NCBI GenBank assembly: GCA_040767085.1
Contig: JAXGPF010000014.1
Location: 64,001 to 128,000 of the forward strand
Direction: 5' to 3'
Length of the DNA: 64,000 bases
From: Kiritimatiellia bacterium
Lineage (GTDB): Bacteria; Verrucomicrobiota; Kiritimatiellia; JAAZAB01
Shown here piece after piece: positions 50,475 to 60,202 of the stretch. The notes under the pieces were generated by a model that saw only the letters and a list, made by a program, of their open reading frames with translations, did no database searches and had not been told where the DNA came from. Each line of letters opens with the position of its first letter. Positions within the stretch are counted from its first letter, which is position 1. The position numbers and the translations under genes are program-made.

Positions 50475-52768
50475 CAGGAATAGTGCCTGCAAGATCGGCC
50501 GCAAAGCCAAAAAATAATTTACCGGAAGAAGCGCGTTGGGTATGGAATGCGCGCTGGAGCAGCTACTGGTACGGAGATCGGGAGTTGTTTGAATCAAGCG
50601 CGGCGGATTTTAATCGTAAGGCCTCGGCATTGCGCAGGGCGGGGATCAATGCAGTGATAACATTTGGCGGGTTCCATTTTCGATGGAATTTCATTGCGGA
50701 GTGGCCGCAATTAATAAAAACGCTGAAATTAATATGCAAAAGCTGTCATCAACATGGAATACGAGTTGTCGAACATCATAGCGCAATATTACAGTCTTTT
50801 CCCATAGGTGCAAGGGAATGGGCGGATGTCGGGAAGTATTTTAATAACGGGGTTACTGATGCTTCTCCTGTGGAAATGAAACGGCATCCGTTGGTATTGC
50901 GCATGTTGGAAACCGGCGACTATGAGTTTAGCGGGGTTAAATTATCAAATATGCGGCAAATAGATCCGCGGACTGGCAGTTACGCCCGGACGGCGTATCA
51001 AGGTTGGGCGTTATGCTACAATAATCCAGATTGGCAGCGGATTTATTTTGAGCATTTGGAGAAACTATATGCTTGCGGGATTGATGGCATAATGACCGAC
51101 GATATCGGGTTCTGGCCATCGGGTTACGGGTGCGGTTGTCTGCATTGCCGTCGTTTATTCGAGGAGGAAACAGGTTGTCGGATGCCGCCAAATGGGCAAG
51201 ATGATTCTGATTATTACGGAAATTTTACTAATGCTGTTTATCGCCGGTGGCTGGACTGGAGGATCGGCCAGCAGCGCAAACATCAAGAACGCCTGTTTGC
51301 GCATTTCCGATCAAGGGGATATGAACTGGCAAGACCTATCTATTCAAGTTCTGATACCAATTCCTATCGGCCTGTGGGCGTTGGTAGTTCTTTGTCCGCG
51401 ATGGATGGATTGTTCAGCACGATATTTACCGAGGTCAATGCGAATGACTTGCAAGCGCATTGCTGGCTGCGCATTGGCGCGGAAGCTTCACAACGCAGCG
51501 CGCTGGCGCGGCGCAATGCGGCGCCAGCAATGTGTTTGTTCTATCCAAACAATAAAGTGGAGAATGAATTCTGCTGGGGTATGACCAAATTATGGGGGCA
51601 GAATTATTGGGGTACTAATCCGGCTTTAACATTACATTCCGAGACGCGTATGCTGTCGCCTTATTTCCGGTTTGAAAAAAGCCATCCGGAGCTTTATGGA
51701 CGTCCAGAATCAATTGCGGAAATAGGGATTGTATATTCGGCCAGGACAGTACTATTTCACAGGGATGCGGACGCTGCGCCCGATCCAATCATAATGAGCG
51801 ATCCATCCAGCACTGATTGCTGGGCTGGCTGGTGCGAAACAATTCTATTGCATGGCATGCCTTTTGACACTTTGCTCGAACGCGAAATGGAAGAAAACGA
51901 TGAATGGATGCGTTATAAAGTGCTGGTTTTACCAAATGTAGTATGTATGTCGCATCGGGTAACGCAGGCATTGTTATATTATGTTCACAGCGGCGGGCGC
52001 TTGATCATAACGCATCAGACCGGAATGAAAGATGAGACTGGAAAATGGAAATCCAAGCATCCATTTGAGAGGTTGTTGCATGCGGTTTATGGGGGGGTGC
52101 GGGAAAGCGATTCAGATTGGGTGCCGGCAGGGGGGCGCCGGGACTTAAGTATTTGTCGAGTCACAAAAATTCCCATTGTAGTTTGGCGAGAACAAAACGG
52201 AGTAGAAGTATTGATGCGCGTCGGCGGTAAATCGCTTGCTATCGGCCGGGTCCGGCACGGTAATGGCGAGGTTGTGTTCTTTGCCGGAAAACCGGGCCGG
52301 ATTGTGTGCGTGAATCGCCACCGGCGTTATGATCGCCATGGCCAACGCTATGCCGCGATTGCTTATCGCCGCAATGCAGCGGTGATGCGCGTTATGTGGC
52401 ATGTCTTGGAGGAACTGAATCCGAAACCGTTATTACGCATGTCTGAAAAACCGCGCCGCATTGCGGTTGGGCTATATCAGCATGGTGCACGGTTAGCGCT
52501 GCACATCATGAATATTGCCGGCGTGATGGCCGATGACTCCAAAAAAGCGACCATTCCCGCGCCCTTGCGGTTCCCGCGTTTAGATAAATTGCCTGGCGGT
52601 TTGGATGAGATTGTTTTTGCAGTGCGCACATCTAAGCAGCATGCATATATGCATGCGCCTTCTGCACGTTGTGCAAAATCGTTGAAGGTGTCGCGCGCAG
52701 GAGAATACCTCGAAATATATGTTACGTCGCGCCACCTCGGATGTTATCAGGTAATTGAGATTAAATGA
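50459..52768 (+). CDS. Putative glycoside hydrolase (GH-like TIM barrel plus beta-galactosidase trimerisation-like domain)
   Basis: LCYNNPDWQ..GIDGIMTDD..CGCLHCRRLF; AEIGIVYS..MPFD..YKVLVLPNV..YVHSGGRLI. Start uncertain. Confidence 0.75.
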   Translation: MDCKITGIVPARSAAKPKNNLPEEARWVWNARWSSYWYGDRELFESSAADFNRKASALRRAGINAVITFGGFHFRWNFIAEWPQLIKTLKLICKSCHQHGIRVVEHHSAILQSFPIGAREWADVGKYFNNGVTDASPVEMKRHPLVLRMLETGDYEFSGVKLSNMRQIDPRTGSYARTAYQGWALCYNNPDWQRIYFEHLEKLYACGIDGIMTDDIGFWPSGYGCGCLHCRRLFEEETGCRMPPNGQDDSDYYGNFTNAVYRRWLDWRIGQQRKHQERLFAHFRSRGYELARPIYSSSDTNSYRPVGVGSSLSAMDGLFSTIFTEVNANDLQAHCWLRIGAEASQRSALARRNAAPAMCLFYPNNKVENEFCWGMTKLWGQNYWGTNPALTLHSETRMLSPYFRFEKSHPELYGRPESIAEIGIVYSARTVLFHRDADAAPDPIIMSDPSSTDCWAGWCETILLHGMPFDTLLEREMEENDEWMRYKVLVLPNVVCMSHRVTQALLYYVHSGGRLIITHQTGMKDETGKWKSKHPFERLLHAVYGGVRESDSDWVPAGGRRDLSICRVTKIPIVVWREQNGVEVLMRVGGKSLAIGRVRHGNGEVVFFAGKPGRIVCVNRHRRYDRHGQRYAAIAYRRNAAVMRVMWHVLEELNPKPLLRMSEKPRRIAVGLYQHGARLALHIMNIAGVMADDSKKATIPAPLRFPRLDKLPGGLDEIVFAVRTSKQHAYMHAPSARCAKSLKVSRAGEYLEIYVTSRHLGCYQVIEIK

Positions 52769-52815
52769 TATTTCGATGTGATTATATGTAAGTGTCCAAT
52801 CTCCCCGCCGTGCAA

Positions 52816-53454
52816 TCAGCCGCTTGCGCGCCGGCGCAGGGTGGAGACAAGGTATTCCAGGCCGCCGGCGAACAGGAACAGGTGCCCCAGGATTTCGATG
52901 GTTTCCTCGTTGACGCGTTTGACGTCGCGGATGAAACACTCCTTCAGCAGCGGCAGCCAGTAACGTTCATGGCCGGTCATTTGGGCGTAAATGACCGCGC
53001 AAATCCCCGCCCAGAACAGCGCGCAGGCGGGGTGGCCCAGGAAGGGCGCCGCCTGGGTTTTGATGGACTGGCGCCAATGCCACATCGTCCAGGCCACGGC
53101 GCCGACCATCAAGGCGAAGGGCAGTTTCCACTCCAGCTCCAGGAACGGGACCAGGCGGCAGAAAAACGCGTCGGACTCGCGGATGACCGCCAAACTCATT
53201 ACGCCTGCCAGCGCCAGGGGAAGGCCCCGTTCGGCCGCCGGGGTCAGGCCGGCGGATAGCAGCAGCATCAAGGCGGCGGCCCCGGTCAGCGAAAGCTGAA
53301 CATACTCCACCACCCCGCCTTCCTGGAATTGATCCGGATCGCCGTGCTTAGCCGTCAGGTTGACGAAACCCGCCAGCAGGAAAAACATGGCGGTGTACAA
53401 AACAAACCGCGCGGCGGCATGTTTAACGAAGAATTGCACGGGCGCCTCCTGCAC
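52816..53454 (-). CDS. Hypothetical multi-pass membrane protein, last gene of the efflux operon
   Basis: About six hydrophobic segments; EGGVVEYVQ, RESD, KRVNEETIE..G; GTG start 25 nt after the OMF stop. Confidence 0.7.
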   Translation of the reverse strand: MQEAPVQFFVKHAAARFVLYTAMFFLLAGFVNLTAKHGDPDQFQEGGVVEYVQLSLTGAAALMLLLSAGLTPAAERGLPLALAGVMSLAVIRESDAFFCRLVPFLELEWKLPFALMVGAVAWTMWHWRQSIKTQAAPFLGHPACALFWAGICAVIYAQMTGHERYWLPLLKECFIRDVKRVNEETIEILGHLFLFAGGLEYLVSTLRRRASG

Positions 53455-53479
53455 TGGATAAGTGCGAAAGTTGTTTCAA

Positions 53480-54961
53480 TTATTCGTTCGTTTCCGCGGG
53501 GAGCGGCTGCGCCGGGGCGCCGCCGCCGCCCAAGGCTGAGTAAAGTTTAATGTCGTTGGCCAGTTTTGACAAGCGCAAAGTAATCAGCGCCTGCTGCGCG
53601 CCGTAGAGCGACCGCTGGGCGTCCAGCACGCTCAGGTAGCTGTCAATGCCGTTGGCATAACGCTTGTTCGAGAGCTCGTAAATTTTCCGGGCGGAATCCA
53701 CCACCGCCTGCTGCGCCGACACCTGGAGGTCCGCCGTGCCGCGCACCGCCAGGGCGTCGGCCACTTCGCGGAAGGCCGCCTGGATGGCGCGTTCGTACTG
53801 CGTCAACAGGATTTTCCGGTGGACTTTGCTGACGCGGTGCGCCGCCCAGACCCGGGCATCGAAGATCGGCAGAATAACCTGCGGGGTGAAATTCCACGCG
53901 CCCGATTCGGCGCCGAACAGGCCGGACAATTCATCGCTGGCCGTGCCGATAGCCGTGGTCAAGCTGATGCGCGGGAAGAAGGCGGCGCGCGCCGCGCCGA
54001 TCAGGGCGTAGGCGGCCTGCAACTGGTGTTCCGCGGCCATGATGTCCGGGCGTTGCAGCAGCGTTTCCGACGGCACGCCCGCGAAAACCTCCCGGACCGG
54101 ATTGATGGCGGTCAGGGATGGAGGCAGTAATTCGTCCGACACGGACGCGCCGGCGAGCAGGTCCAGGGCGTTGCGGGTCTGGGCTGCCAGGTGGGTGTAG
54201 CGCGCGGCATCGGCGCGGGCGGTGTCCACCTGGGTGCGGGCGCGGAGCAGGTCAATTTCGTCCGCGAGTTGGGCTTCATATTGGCGCTGGATCAAATCAT
54301 AAGTGCCCTGCTGCATCTTCAGGGTGGCTTGGGCCAGGTCGAGTTTTTCCAGGTCGGCCCCCAGCATCAGGTAAACCCGGGCAGTCTCGGAGATCAGCGC
54401 GATCTGCGCGCCGCGCTGGGCCTGTGCCGTGGCCAGGTATTCCTGCAGCGCCTGTTCCTTCAGGCTGCGGATGCGGCCGAAGAGATCGATTTCCCAGGAG
54501 GCCACGCCGAGATTGACGTCAAACCGCTGGGTGGTGCGGGGCGAACCGGCGGCGGTCAAATCCGCGGAGGCCTGCTGCTTCGATCCGCCGGCCGCGGCGT
54601 TGATGACGGGATATAATTCATCGCGTTGCAGGCCGTAAAGGGCGTGCGCCTTCTCGACATTCAGCGCCGCCAGGCGCAAGTCGCGGTTGTTGGCGAGGGC
54701 GATGTCAATCAAGTCTTGCAGTTTGGGGTCGGTGAAAAAATCGCGCCAGGGGATTTCCGCGGCGGCCGGGGCGTCCGCCGGGATCGCGGTCTCCTGGTAC
54801 GACGGGCCGCGCGGCCATACCGGCGGCGTGGGCGCGTCCGGCCGGGAGTAATCCGGGGTCATGGTGCAGCCGGCCGGCAGCAGCGCCGCCAGCGCCAGCC
54901 ATCCCAGCCAGCGCGCGCGCCGATCGTTGCCCAGCGGATTTTTGCCAGAAATGGTCAGCAT
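53480..54961 (-). CDS. Efflux outer membrane factor (OprM/NodT-like lipoprotein)
   Basis: Lipobox LPAGC, ALANNRDLR, SWEIDLFGR, LLQRPDI.AAE, AFREVADAL, LY.ALGGG. Confidence 0.93.
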   Translation of the reverse strand: MLTISGKNPLGNDRRARWLGWLALAALLPAGCTMTPDYSRPDAPTPPVWPRGPSYQETAIPADAPAAAEIPWRDFFTDPKLQDLIDIALANNRDLRLAALNVEKAHALYGLQRDELYPVINAAAGGSKQQASADLTAAGSPRTTQRFDVNLGVASWEIDLFGRIRSLKEQALQEYLATAQAQRGAQIALISETARVYLMLGADLEKLDLAQATLKMQQGTYDLIQRQYEAQLADEIDLLRARTQVDTARADAARYTHLAAQTRNALDLLAGASVSDELLPPSLTAINPVREVFAGVPSETLLQRPDIMAAEHQLQAAYALIGAARAAFFPRISLTTAIGTASDELSGLFGAESGAWNFTPQVILPIFDARVWAAHRVSKVHRKILLTQYERAIQAAFREVADALAVRGTADLQVSAQQAVVDSARKIYELSNKRYANGIDSYLSVLDAQRSLYGAQQALITLRLSKLANDIKLYSALGGGGAPAQPLPAETNE

Positions 54962-54965
54962 GGGT

Positions 54966-57900
54966 TCAAGCCTTTTTGTGTTTTCCGAAAGTATTTTCGA
55001 TCAGCACGTAAAACAGCGGGGTGAACAGCACCACCAGGATCGTGCCGGTGACCATGCCGCCGAGCACCACCGTGCCGATGGCGGTCATGGCGCCGGCGCC
55101 GGCGCCGGTGCTGAAAGCCATCGGCAGCACGGCAAATCCGGTGGTGGTGGAAGTCATCAGGATCGGCCGGAGCCGCAAGCGCACCGCCTGCAAGGCAGCG
55201 GCGGCTAGGCCGGCCCCCTGCGCGACCTCATTCATGGCGAACTGCACAATCAGGATGGCGTTTTTTGTGGCCAGGCCGAGCGTGTTCAGCAGGCCGATCT
55301 GGAAATACACATCGCTCGACAAGCCGCGCCCCATGGAAGCCGCGTAGCCGCCGACGACGCCCAGCGGGAGGATCAGCAGCACGGAGATGGGGATATCCCA
55401 CTTGCCGTACAAAGCCGCCAGGAAAAGGAAAACGATCAGGATGGAAAAGGCATAGAGCATGCCGGTCTGGGATTCCGCCTGTTTTTCCTGGAAAGACAAG
55501 CCGTTCCAGTCGTAGCCGAAGCCCTGCGGCAGACGACCGGTTAATTGCTCCATTTCCCGCATGGCTTCGCCCGAGCTTTGGCCCGGGGCCGGTTCGCCCC
55601 AGAGGTTGATCGTCGGGAACCCGTTGAACCGTTCGAGCTGGGGCGACCCGGAAGTCCAGCGCCCGGCGGCAAAAGAGGCGTAGGGCACCATCCGGCCGGC
55701 CTGGTTGCGCACGTACAGTTTTTCCAGGTCCGAAGGCAGCATGCGGTAGGGCGCGTCCGCCTGCACGTACACGCGCTTGATCCGGCCGCCCTGGATAAAG
55801 TCGTTGACATAGGCGCTGCCGAACGCCGCGGCGATGGTGTTGTGAATCGAACTGATGGGCAAGCCCAGCGCCCCGGCCTTGTCCCAGTCCACGTCCACCC
55901 GGTATTCCGGCACATCCTCCAGGCCGTTGGGCCGCACATTCCGCAGCCGCGGACTTTGCGCCGCCATGCCGAGCAGTTGGTTGCGGGCCTGCATCAGGGC
56001 GGCGTGGCCGTTCCCGCCGCGGTCCACCAGTTGGAAATCGAAGCCGATGGAAGTGCCCAGTTCGGCGATGGCGGGCGGCGGGAAGGCGAAGACCAGCGCC
56101 TCCCGGATTTGGGAAAACCGGGCCATGGCCCGGCCGGCGATGGCCTTGACACGCTGATCGGCGCGCTGGCGCAGGTGCCAGTCCTTGAGCTTGACGAACA
56201 CCATGCTGTTGTTCTGCGCCCGCCCGGAAAAGCCGACGCCGGCGATGGTCATGCAGGATTCCACGACATCCGCTTCGTTTTCGGTGAAATGCTGCCGCAC
56301 CTTCTCCGCCACTTTCAGAGTTTGCTCCATGGTCGAGCCGGTCGGCAGGATCACCTGGGCAAAGATGATGCCCTGATCTTCATCCGGCAGGTAACTGGTG
56401 GGCATGCGCAGCGCGATGTAACCGAGTCCGGCGCAGATGACCAGGTAAATCAAAACGAAACGGAACTTCCGGGCGAGCCCGTAGCCGATCAGGGTGACGA
56501 AGCCGTCGCGGAATTTATTGAAGCCGCGGTCGAACCAGAGGAAAAACGGCCGCAGCAAACGCCAGCCGACTTCCGCCGCTTCATGCCCGGCGGCCACCGG
56601 CTTGAGAATATTGGCGCACAGCACGGGCGTCAGAATCAACGCCACCAGCACCGAGAGAATCATGGAGGTTACGACCGTCACGGAAAACTGCCGGTAAATG
56701 ATGCCGGTCGAGCCGCTGAAAAACGCCATCGGGCCGAAGAGGGCGATCAAGACCAGGCAAAACCCGATCAAGGCGCCGGTGACCTGGTCCATGGATTTGG
56801 CGGTGGCCTCCCGGGGCGATAATCCTTCCGTGCTCATCAGGCGTTCGACGTTTTCCACCACCACGATGGTGTCGTCCACCAGCAGGCCGATGGCAATCAC
56901 CATGCCGAACATGGTGAGCATGTTGACGGAGTAACCCAGCGCGCCGAGCACGGCGCAGGTGCCGAGCAAGACCACCGGCACGGAAATAGTGGGGATCAGC
57001 GTCGCGCGGATATTGCCCATGAACAGCCACATCACCAGGAAGACCAGCAGGATGGCCTGAAACAGCGAATTGACCGCCTCGGAAATCGCCGCCTTGACAA
57101 ACGGCGTGGTGTCGTAGGGATAAATGACTTTCAATCCCCGGGGAAAATTGGCGCTCATCTCCGCCATCTTGCGCTTGACGGCATTGGCGGTGTTCAGGGC
57201 GTTGGCGCCCGGCGTCTGGCGGATGGCCAGCGCGCCGGTCGGCAGGCCGTTGTAATTGACTTCAATATCGTAAAAAGCGGTGCCGAGTTCCGTGCGGCCC
57301 ACGTCTTTAACCCGCACCATCGAGCCGTCCGGATTGACGCGCAAGGGAATGGCCGCGAATTCATCGGGCGTCTGCAGCAGGTTCTGCACGACAATCGAAG
57401 CATTCAGGCGCTGGCCTTCCACCGCCGGCGCGCCGCCGAACTGTCCGGCCGAAACTTCCACGTTGTACGCCCGCAGGGCCGCGATCACATCCGCCACCGT
57501 CAGCCGGTAATTAACGAGCTTGTCCGGATTCAGCCAGACGCGCATGGCGTATTCCTTGGCGAAGAGCTCTACCTCGCCCACGCCCGGCACCCGCGCCAGC
57601 ACGCCTTCCAGGTTGGACTTGGCGTAGTTGCCGATGTCAATCGAATCCATGCTGCCGTCTTCGGATATCAGGCCGACGATGAGCAGGTAATTGCGGGTGG
57701 CCTTGTTGACCGTCACTCCCGTGCGCTGCACCACTTCCGGCAGGCTGGCCGTCGCCGCCTGCAGCTTGTTCTGCACCTTGGTCCAGGCGATGTCCGGATC
57801 GACACCGGGCGCGAAAGTCAACTCAATCCGCGAGCTGCCGGCGGAATCGCTGGTGGACGACAGGTAAAGCATCCCGTCCAAGCCGGTCATTTTCTGCTCG

Positions 57901-58097
57901 ATGATCTGGGTGACGCTGTTTTCCACCGTTTCGGCCGAGGCGCCGGGGTAGAAGGCGTCGATCACGATGGAGGGCGGGGCAATGTTCGGGTACTGGGCGA
58001 TCGGCAGATTGTAAATCGCCAGCAACCCGAGCAGCATGATAAAAATAGCGATGACCCAGGCGAAGACCGGGCGGGCAAGAAAGAATTTTGAAAACAT
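54966..58097 (-). CDS. acrB: HAE1 RND efflux permease (AcrB/MexB-like)
   Basis: MFSKFFLARPVFAWV, YPGASAETVE, YAMRVWLNP, GLLVDDTIVVVENVER, KNAILIV, RLRPILMTS. Confidence 0.95.
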   Translation of the reverse strand: MFSKFFLARPVFAWVIAIFIMLLGLLAIYNLPIAQYPNIAPPSIVIDAFYPGASAETVENSVTQIIEQKMTGLDGMLYLSSTSDSAGSSRIELTFAPGVDPDIAWTKVQNKLQAATASLPEVVQRTGVTVNKATRNYLLIVGLISEDGSMDSIDIGNYAKSNLEGVLARVPGVGEVELFAKEYAMRVWLNPDKLVNYRLTVADVIAALRAYNVEVSAGQFGGAPAVEGQRLNASIVVQNLLQTPDEFAAIPLRVNPDGSMVRVKDVGRTELGTAFYDIEVNYNGLPTGALAIRQTPGANALNTANAVKRKMAEMSANFPRGLKVIYPYDTTPFVKAAISEAVNSLFQAILLVFLVMWLFMGNIRATLIPTISVPVVLLGTCAVLGALGYSVNMLTMFGMVIAIGLLVDDTIVVVENVERLMSTEGLSPREATAKSMDQVTGALIGFCLVLIALFGPMAFFSGSTGIIYRQFSVTVVTSMILSVLVALILTPVLCANILKPVAAGHEAAEVGWRLLRPFFLWFDRGFNKFRDGFVTLIGYGLARKFRFVLIYLVICAGLGYIALRMPTSYLPDEDQGIIFAQVILPTGSTMEQTLKVAEKVRQHFTENEADVVESCMTIAGVGFSGRAQNNSMVFVKLKDWHLRQRADQRVKAIAGRAMARFSQIREALVFAFPPPAIAELGTSIGFDFQLVDRGGNGHAALMQARNQLLGMAAQSPRLRNVRPNGLEDVPEYRVDVDWDKAGALGLPISSIHNTIAAAFGSAYVNDFIQGGRIKRVYVQADAPYRMLPSDLEKLYVRNQAGRMVPYASFAAGRWTSGSPQLERFNGFPTINLWGEPAPGQSSGEAMREMEQLTGRLPQGFGYDWNGLSFQEKQAESQTGMLYAFSILIVFLFLAALYGKWDIPISVLLILPLGVVGGYAASMGRGLSSDVYFQIGLLNTLGLATKNAILIVQFAMNEVAQGAGLAAAALQAVRLRLRPILMTSTTTGFAVLPMAFSTGAGAGAMTAIGTVVLGGMVTGTILVVLFTPLFYVLIENTFGKHKKA

Positions 58098-58109
58098 GGC
58101 GCGTCCCGT

Positions 58110-59330
58110 TTAGTGCAATTTTTCCGCCGGCGGCGCGCCGGATTGGGCGGATGCCGGCCCGGCGCCGCCGTTCAACGGAGCCGGCTTGACCGTCATGCCG
58201 GGCCTCACCCGCTGCATGCCTTCGACGATTACCCGGTCGCCCGCCGCCAGCCCGTCGGTGACCAGCCATTTGTCGCCGATGGCCCGGTCAAGCTGGAGCG
58301 GCCGCGGCTGCGCCTTGTCTTCCGCATCCACGATCAGCGTGTAAGGCTCCCCGCGCGGATTGCGGGAAACGCTCTGCTGCGGCACCAGGATTGCCGTTTC
58401 CTTGACCCCGGTGGTGGCGACCATCCGGACAAACATGCCCGGCAGCAGCACGCCGTCCGGGTTGGGGAATACCGCGCGCAAGGTCACGGAGCCCGTGGTT
58501 GGATCCACGGTGATGTCCTGGAATTGCAGTTCGCCTTCCCGGGCGTATGGCTTGTCTTCATCGAGCAGCAGTTTGACCTTGTTTTGATTGGCGTTGCCAT
58601 GGTTCAGCCGGCCGTCCGCCAGCCGGCGGCGCAGCCGCTGCAGTTCGGTGGTGGATTGCGGCGCATCCACGTAAATCGGGTCCAGTTGCTGGATCGTCGC
58701 CAACGCCAGCGGCTGGTAGGCCACCACCAGCGCGCCGTCTGTGACGCTGGATTTGCCGATGCGGCCGGAAATCGGCGCGGTCACGCGCGTATATTCCAGG
58801 TTGATGCGGGAGGATTCCACCGCCGCCTCGTTGAACTTGATTTCCGCCTCGGCCTGCTGTAAAGCCGCCGTGGCGTCGTCGTAATCCTGGCGGCTGATGG
58901 CGTTGTCGGCCAGCAGCCCTTCGTAACGCTGCACTCGCACCTTGATGGCGGCCAGTCCCGCCTGGGCCCGCGCCAGCGCCGCATTGGCGTTGTCCAAAGC
59001 CGCCTGGAAGGGATCGGGATCGATCTGGTAAAGCACCTGGCCAGCCTGGACTTCCGAGCCTTCCTCAAAGAGGCGTTTCTGAATAATACCGTTGACCTGG
59101 GGGCGGATTTCCGCCACCAGGAAGGCGGCGGTGCGGCCCGGCAATTCGGTTGTCATCACCACCGGCTCCGGTTGTATGACGGCGACGGCCACCTCCGGTG
59201 TCATCGGCGGCGGCGGGCCGCCCTGCGGCCGGCAGCCGCCCGCCGCCAGCAACAGGCCGCAAACCGCCGGCAGGTAAAAAAGATAAAACCGGCGGCCAGC
59301 ATCAACAATCGCGTGACTATGTATTTGCAT
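58110..59330 (-). CDS. acrA: RND periplasmic adaptor (AcrA/MexA-like)
   Basis: ELPGRT..AEIRPQVNGII.KRLF.EG, APISGRIG, VDPTTGSVTLRA.FPNP..LLPGMFV; GGAG before ATG 59330. Confidence 0.93.
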   Translation of the reverse strand: MQIHSHAIVDAGRRFYLFYLPAVCGLLLAAGGCRPQGGPPPPMTPEVAVAVIQPEPVVMTTELPGRTAAFLVAEIRPQVNGIIQKRLFEEGSEVQAGQVLYQIDPDPFQAALDNANAALARAQAGLAAIKVRVQRYEGLLADNAISRQDYDDATAALQQAEAEIKFNEAAVESSRINLEYTRVTAPISGRIGKSSVTDGALVVAYQPLALATIQQLDPIYVDAPQSTTELQRLRRRLADGRLNHGNANQNKVKLLLDEDKPYAREGELQFQDITVDPTTGSVTLRAVFPNPDGVLLPGMFVRMVATTGVKETAILVPQQSVSRNPRGEPYTLIVDAEDKAQPRPLQLDRAIGDKWLVTDGLAAGDRVIVEGMQRVRPGMTVKPAPLNGGAGPASAQSGAPPAEKLH

Positions 59331-59361
59331 AAAACTCCATTTCAAGACCGATATGAAAAAA

Positions 59362-59682
59362 TTAAGATTTCACTCTCTGGCCGGCGGCAACCGGCGTGTC
59401 CGGCTGATGCATGGCGACATATTCCCATACGCCGTGTTCCACCGCCCCAAAGCGGTTCAAATATTCCGCTATCGCCATCCCTTCACGGGTTTTGACCGGC
59501 TGACGGTCGTTTTGCCAGGTAAGAATCACCGCCAGGTCGCCGGGGTATAGCGTATGCCTGACGACAGACACCCCGGCCAGTTGTTCCGCCCGGCACAAAG
59601 CCAATTGCTCGTTCAGGGCAGGAATGTTCCATTCCATCCCTGCCGCTGAAGCGCGAACATGCACAAATTCCAGCCATTTCAT
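59362..59682 (-). CDS. Small hypothetical protein, first gene of the efflux operon
   Basis: 106 aa; GGAAGGA RBS; directly downstream of a sigma54 promoter and co-oriented with acrA. Confidence 0.72.
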   Translation of the reverse strand: MKWLEFVHVRASAAGMEWNIPALNEQLALCRAEQLAGVSVVRHTLYPGDLAVILTWQNDRQPVKTREGMAIAEYLNRFGAVEHGVWEYVAMHQPDTPVAAGQRVKS

Positions 59683-59714
59683 CCGGTAATTCCTTCCAAG
59701 GGAGATTGATTATA

Positions 59715-59730
59715 AGCATTTAGCATGCCA
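59715..59730 (-). promoter_or_regulatory. sigma54 (-24/-12) promoter of the efflux operon
   Basis: Minus strand TGGCATGCTAAATGCT versus consensus TGGCACG-N4-TTGCW, with exact GG-N10-GC spacing; divergent bEBP gene nearby. Confidence 0.78.
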
Positions 59731-60173
59731 AATCGGAATCCAGTGCCGGCGCCGGCCGGGCACGACTGCGTCATTCACGGGAAAGACGGCGCGGTGCAGT
59801 TTGCCCTGTATAGCTTCAGCGAAGTCCGTCAAAACTGGACGTAGCCTGCATGGAGACCGCGCCCTTCTACCATTTTCTATAATTTTGCCTTTGGTACGTC
59901 CCCGCTCAGAGCGGGGTGAACCTCCGGCTTGTCCCGCCTGGCGCGGGAGCGTGCCGCCGAGAATGACGCAGCCCTGGCATTGGTTGATGGCCAATGTTTT
60001 GCATTTTTTGCATAACCTTTCGTTCCTGCCACGCAAGGTGGCAGGGGACGACTTTTGAAATCAGCTCTTTTTTTAACCAGAAATTGACTGTTCGTAACAA
60101 GTCAAGTGTCCGCTTTTTGTAACAAGTGATCTGTCCGATTTGTTATTGTGTGTTGTTGCTCCTGGGGTGAGGA

Positions 60174-60199
60174 TTTTCCTCCCCCGCGGGGGAGGAAAA
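60174..60199. terminator. Perfect 26-bp palindrome just after the transposase stop
   Basis: ttttcctcccccgcgggggaggaaaa. Confidence 0.5.
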
Positions 60200-60202
60200 A
60201 GT

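Noticed and set aside
59765..59812. c-di-GMP-I riboswitch resemblance (minus strand CAGGGCAAAC...GACGCA)
   Set aside because: No GNRA-capped P2 or proper P3, and it lies upstream of the sigma54 promoter, outside the predicted transcript.
59710..60100. Small ORFs 59710..60036, 59801..60058 and 59906..60100
   Set aside because: They overlap promoter and palindrome DNA, and have no RBS or recognisable motifs.
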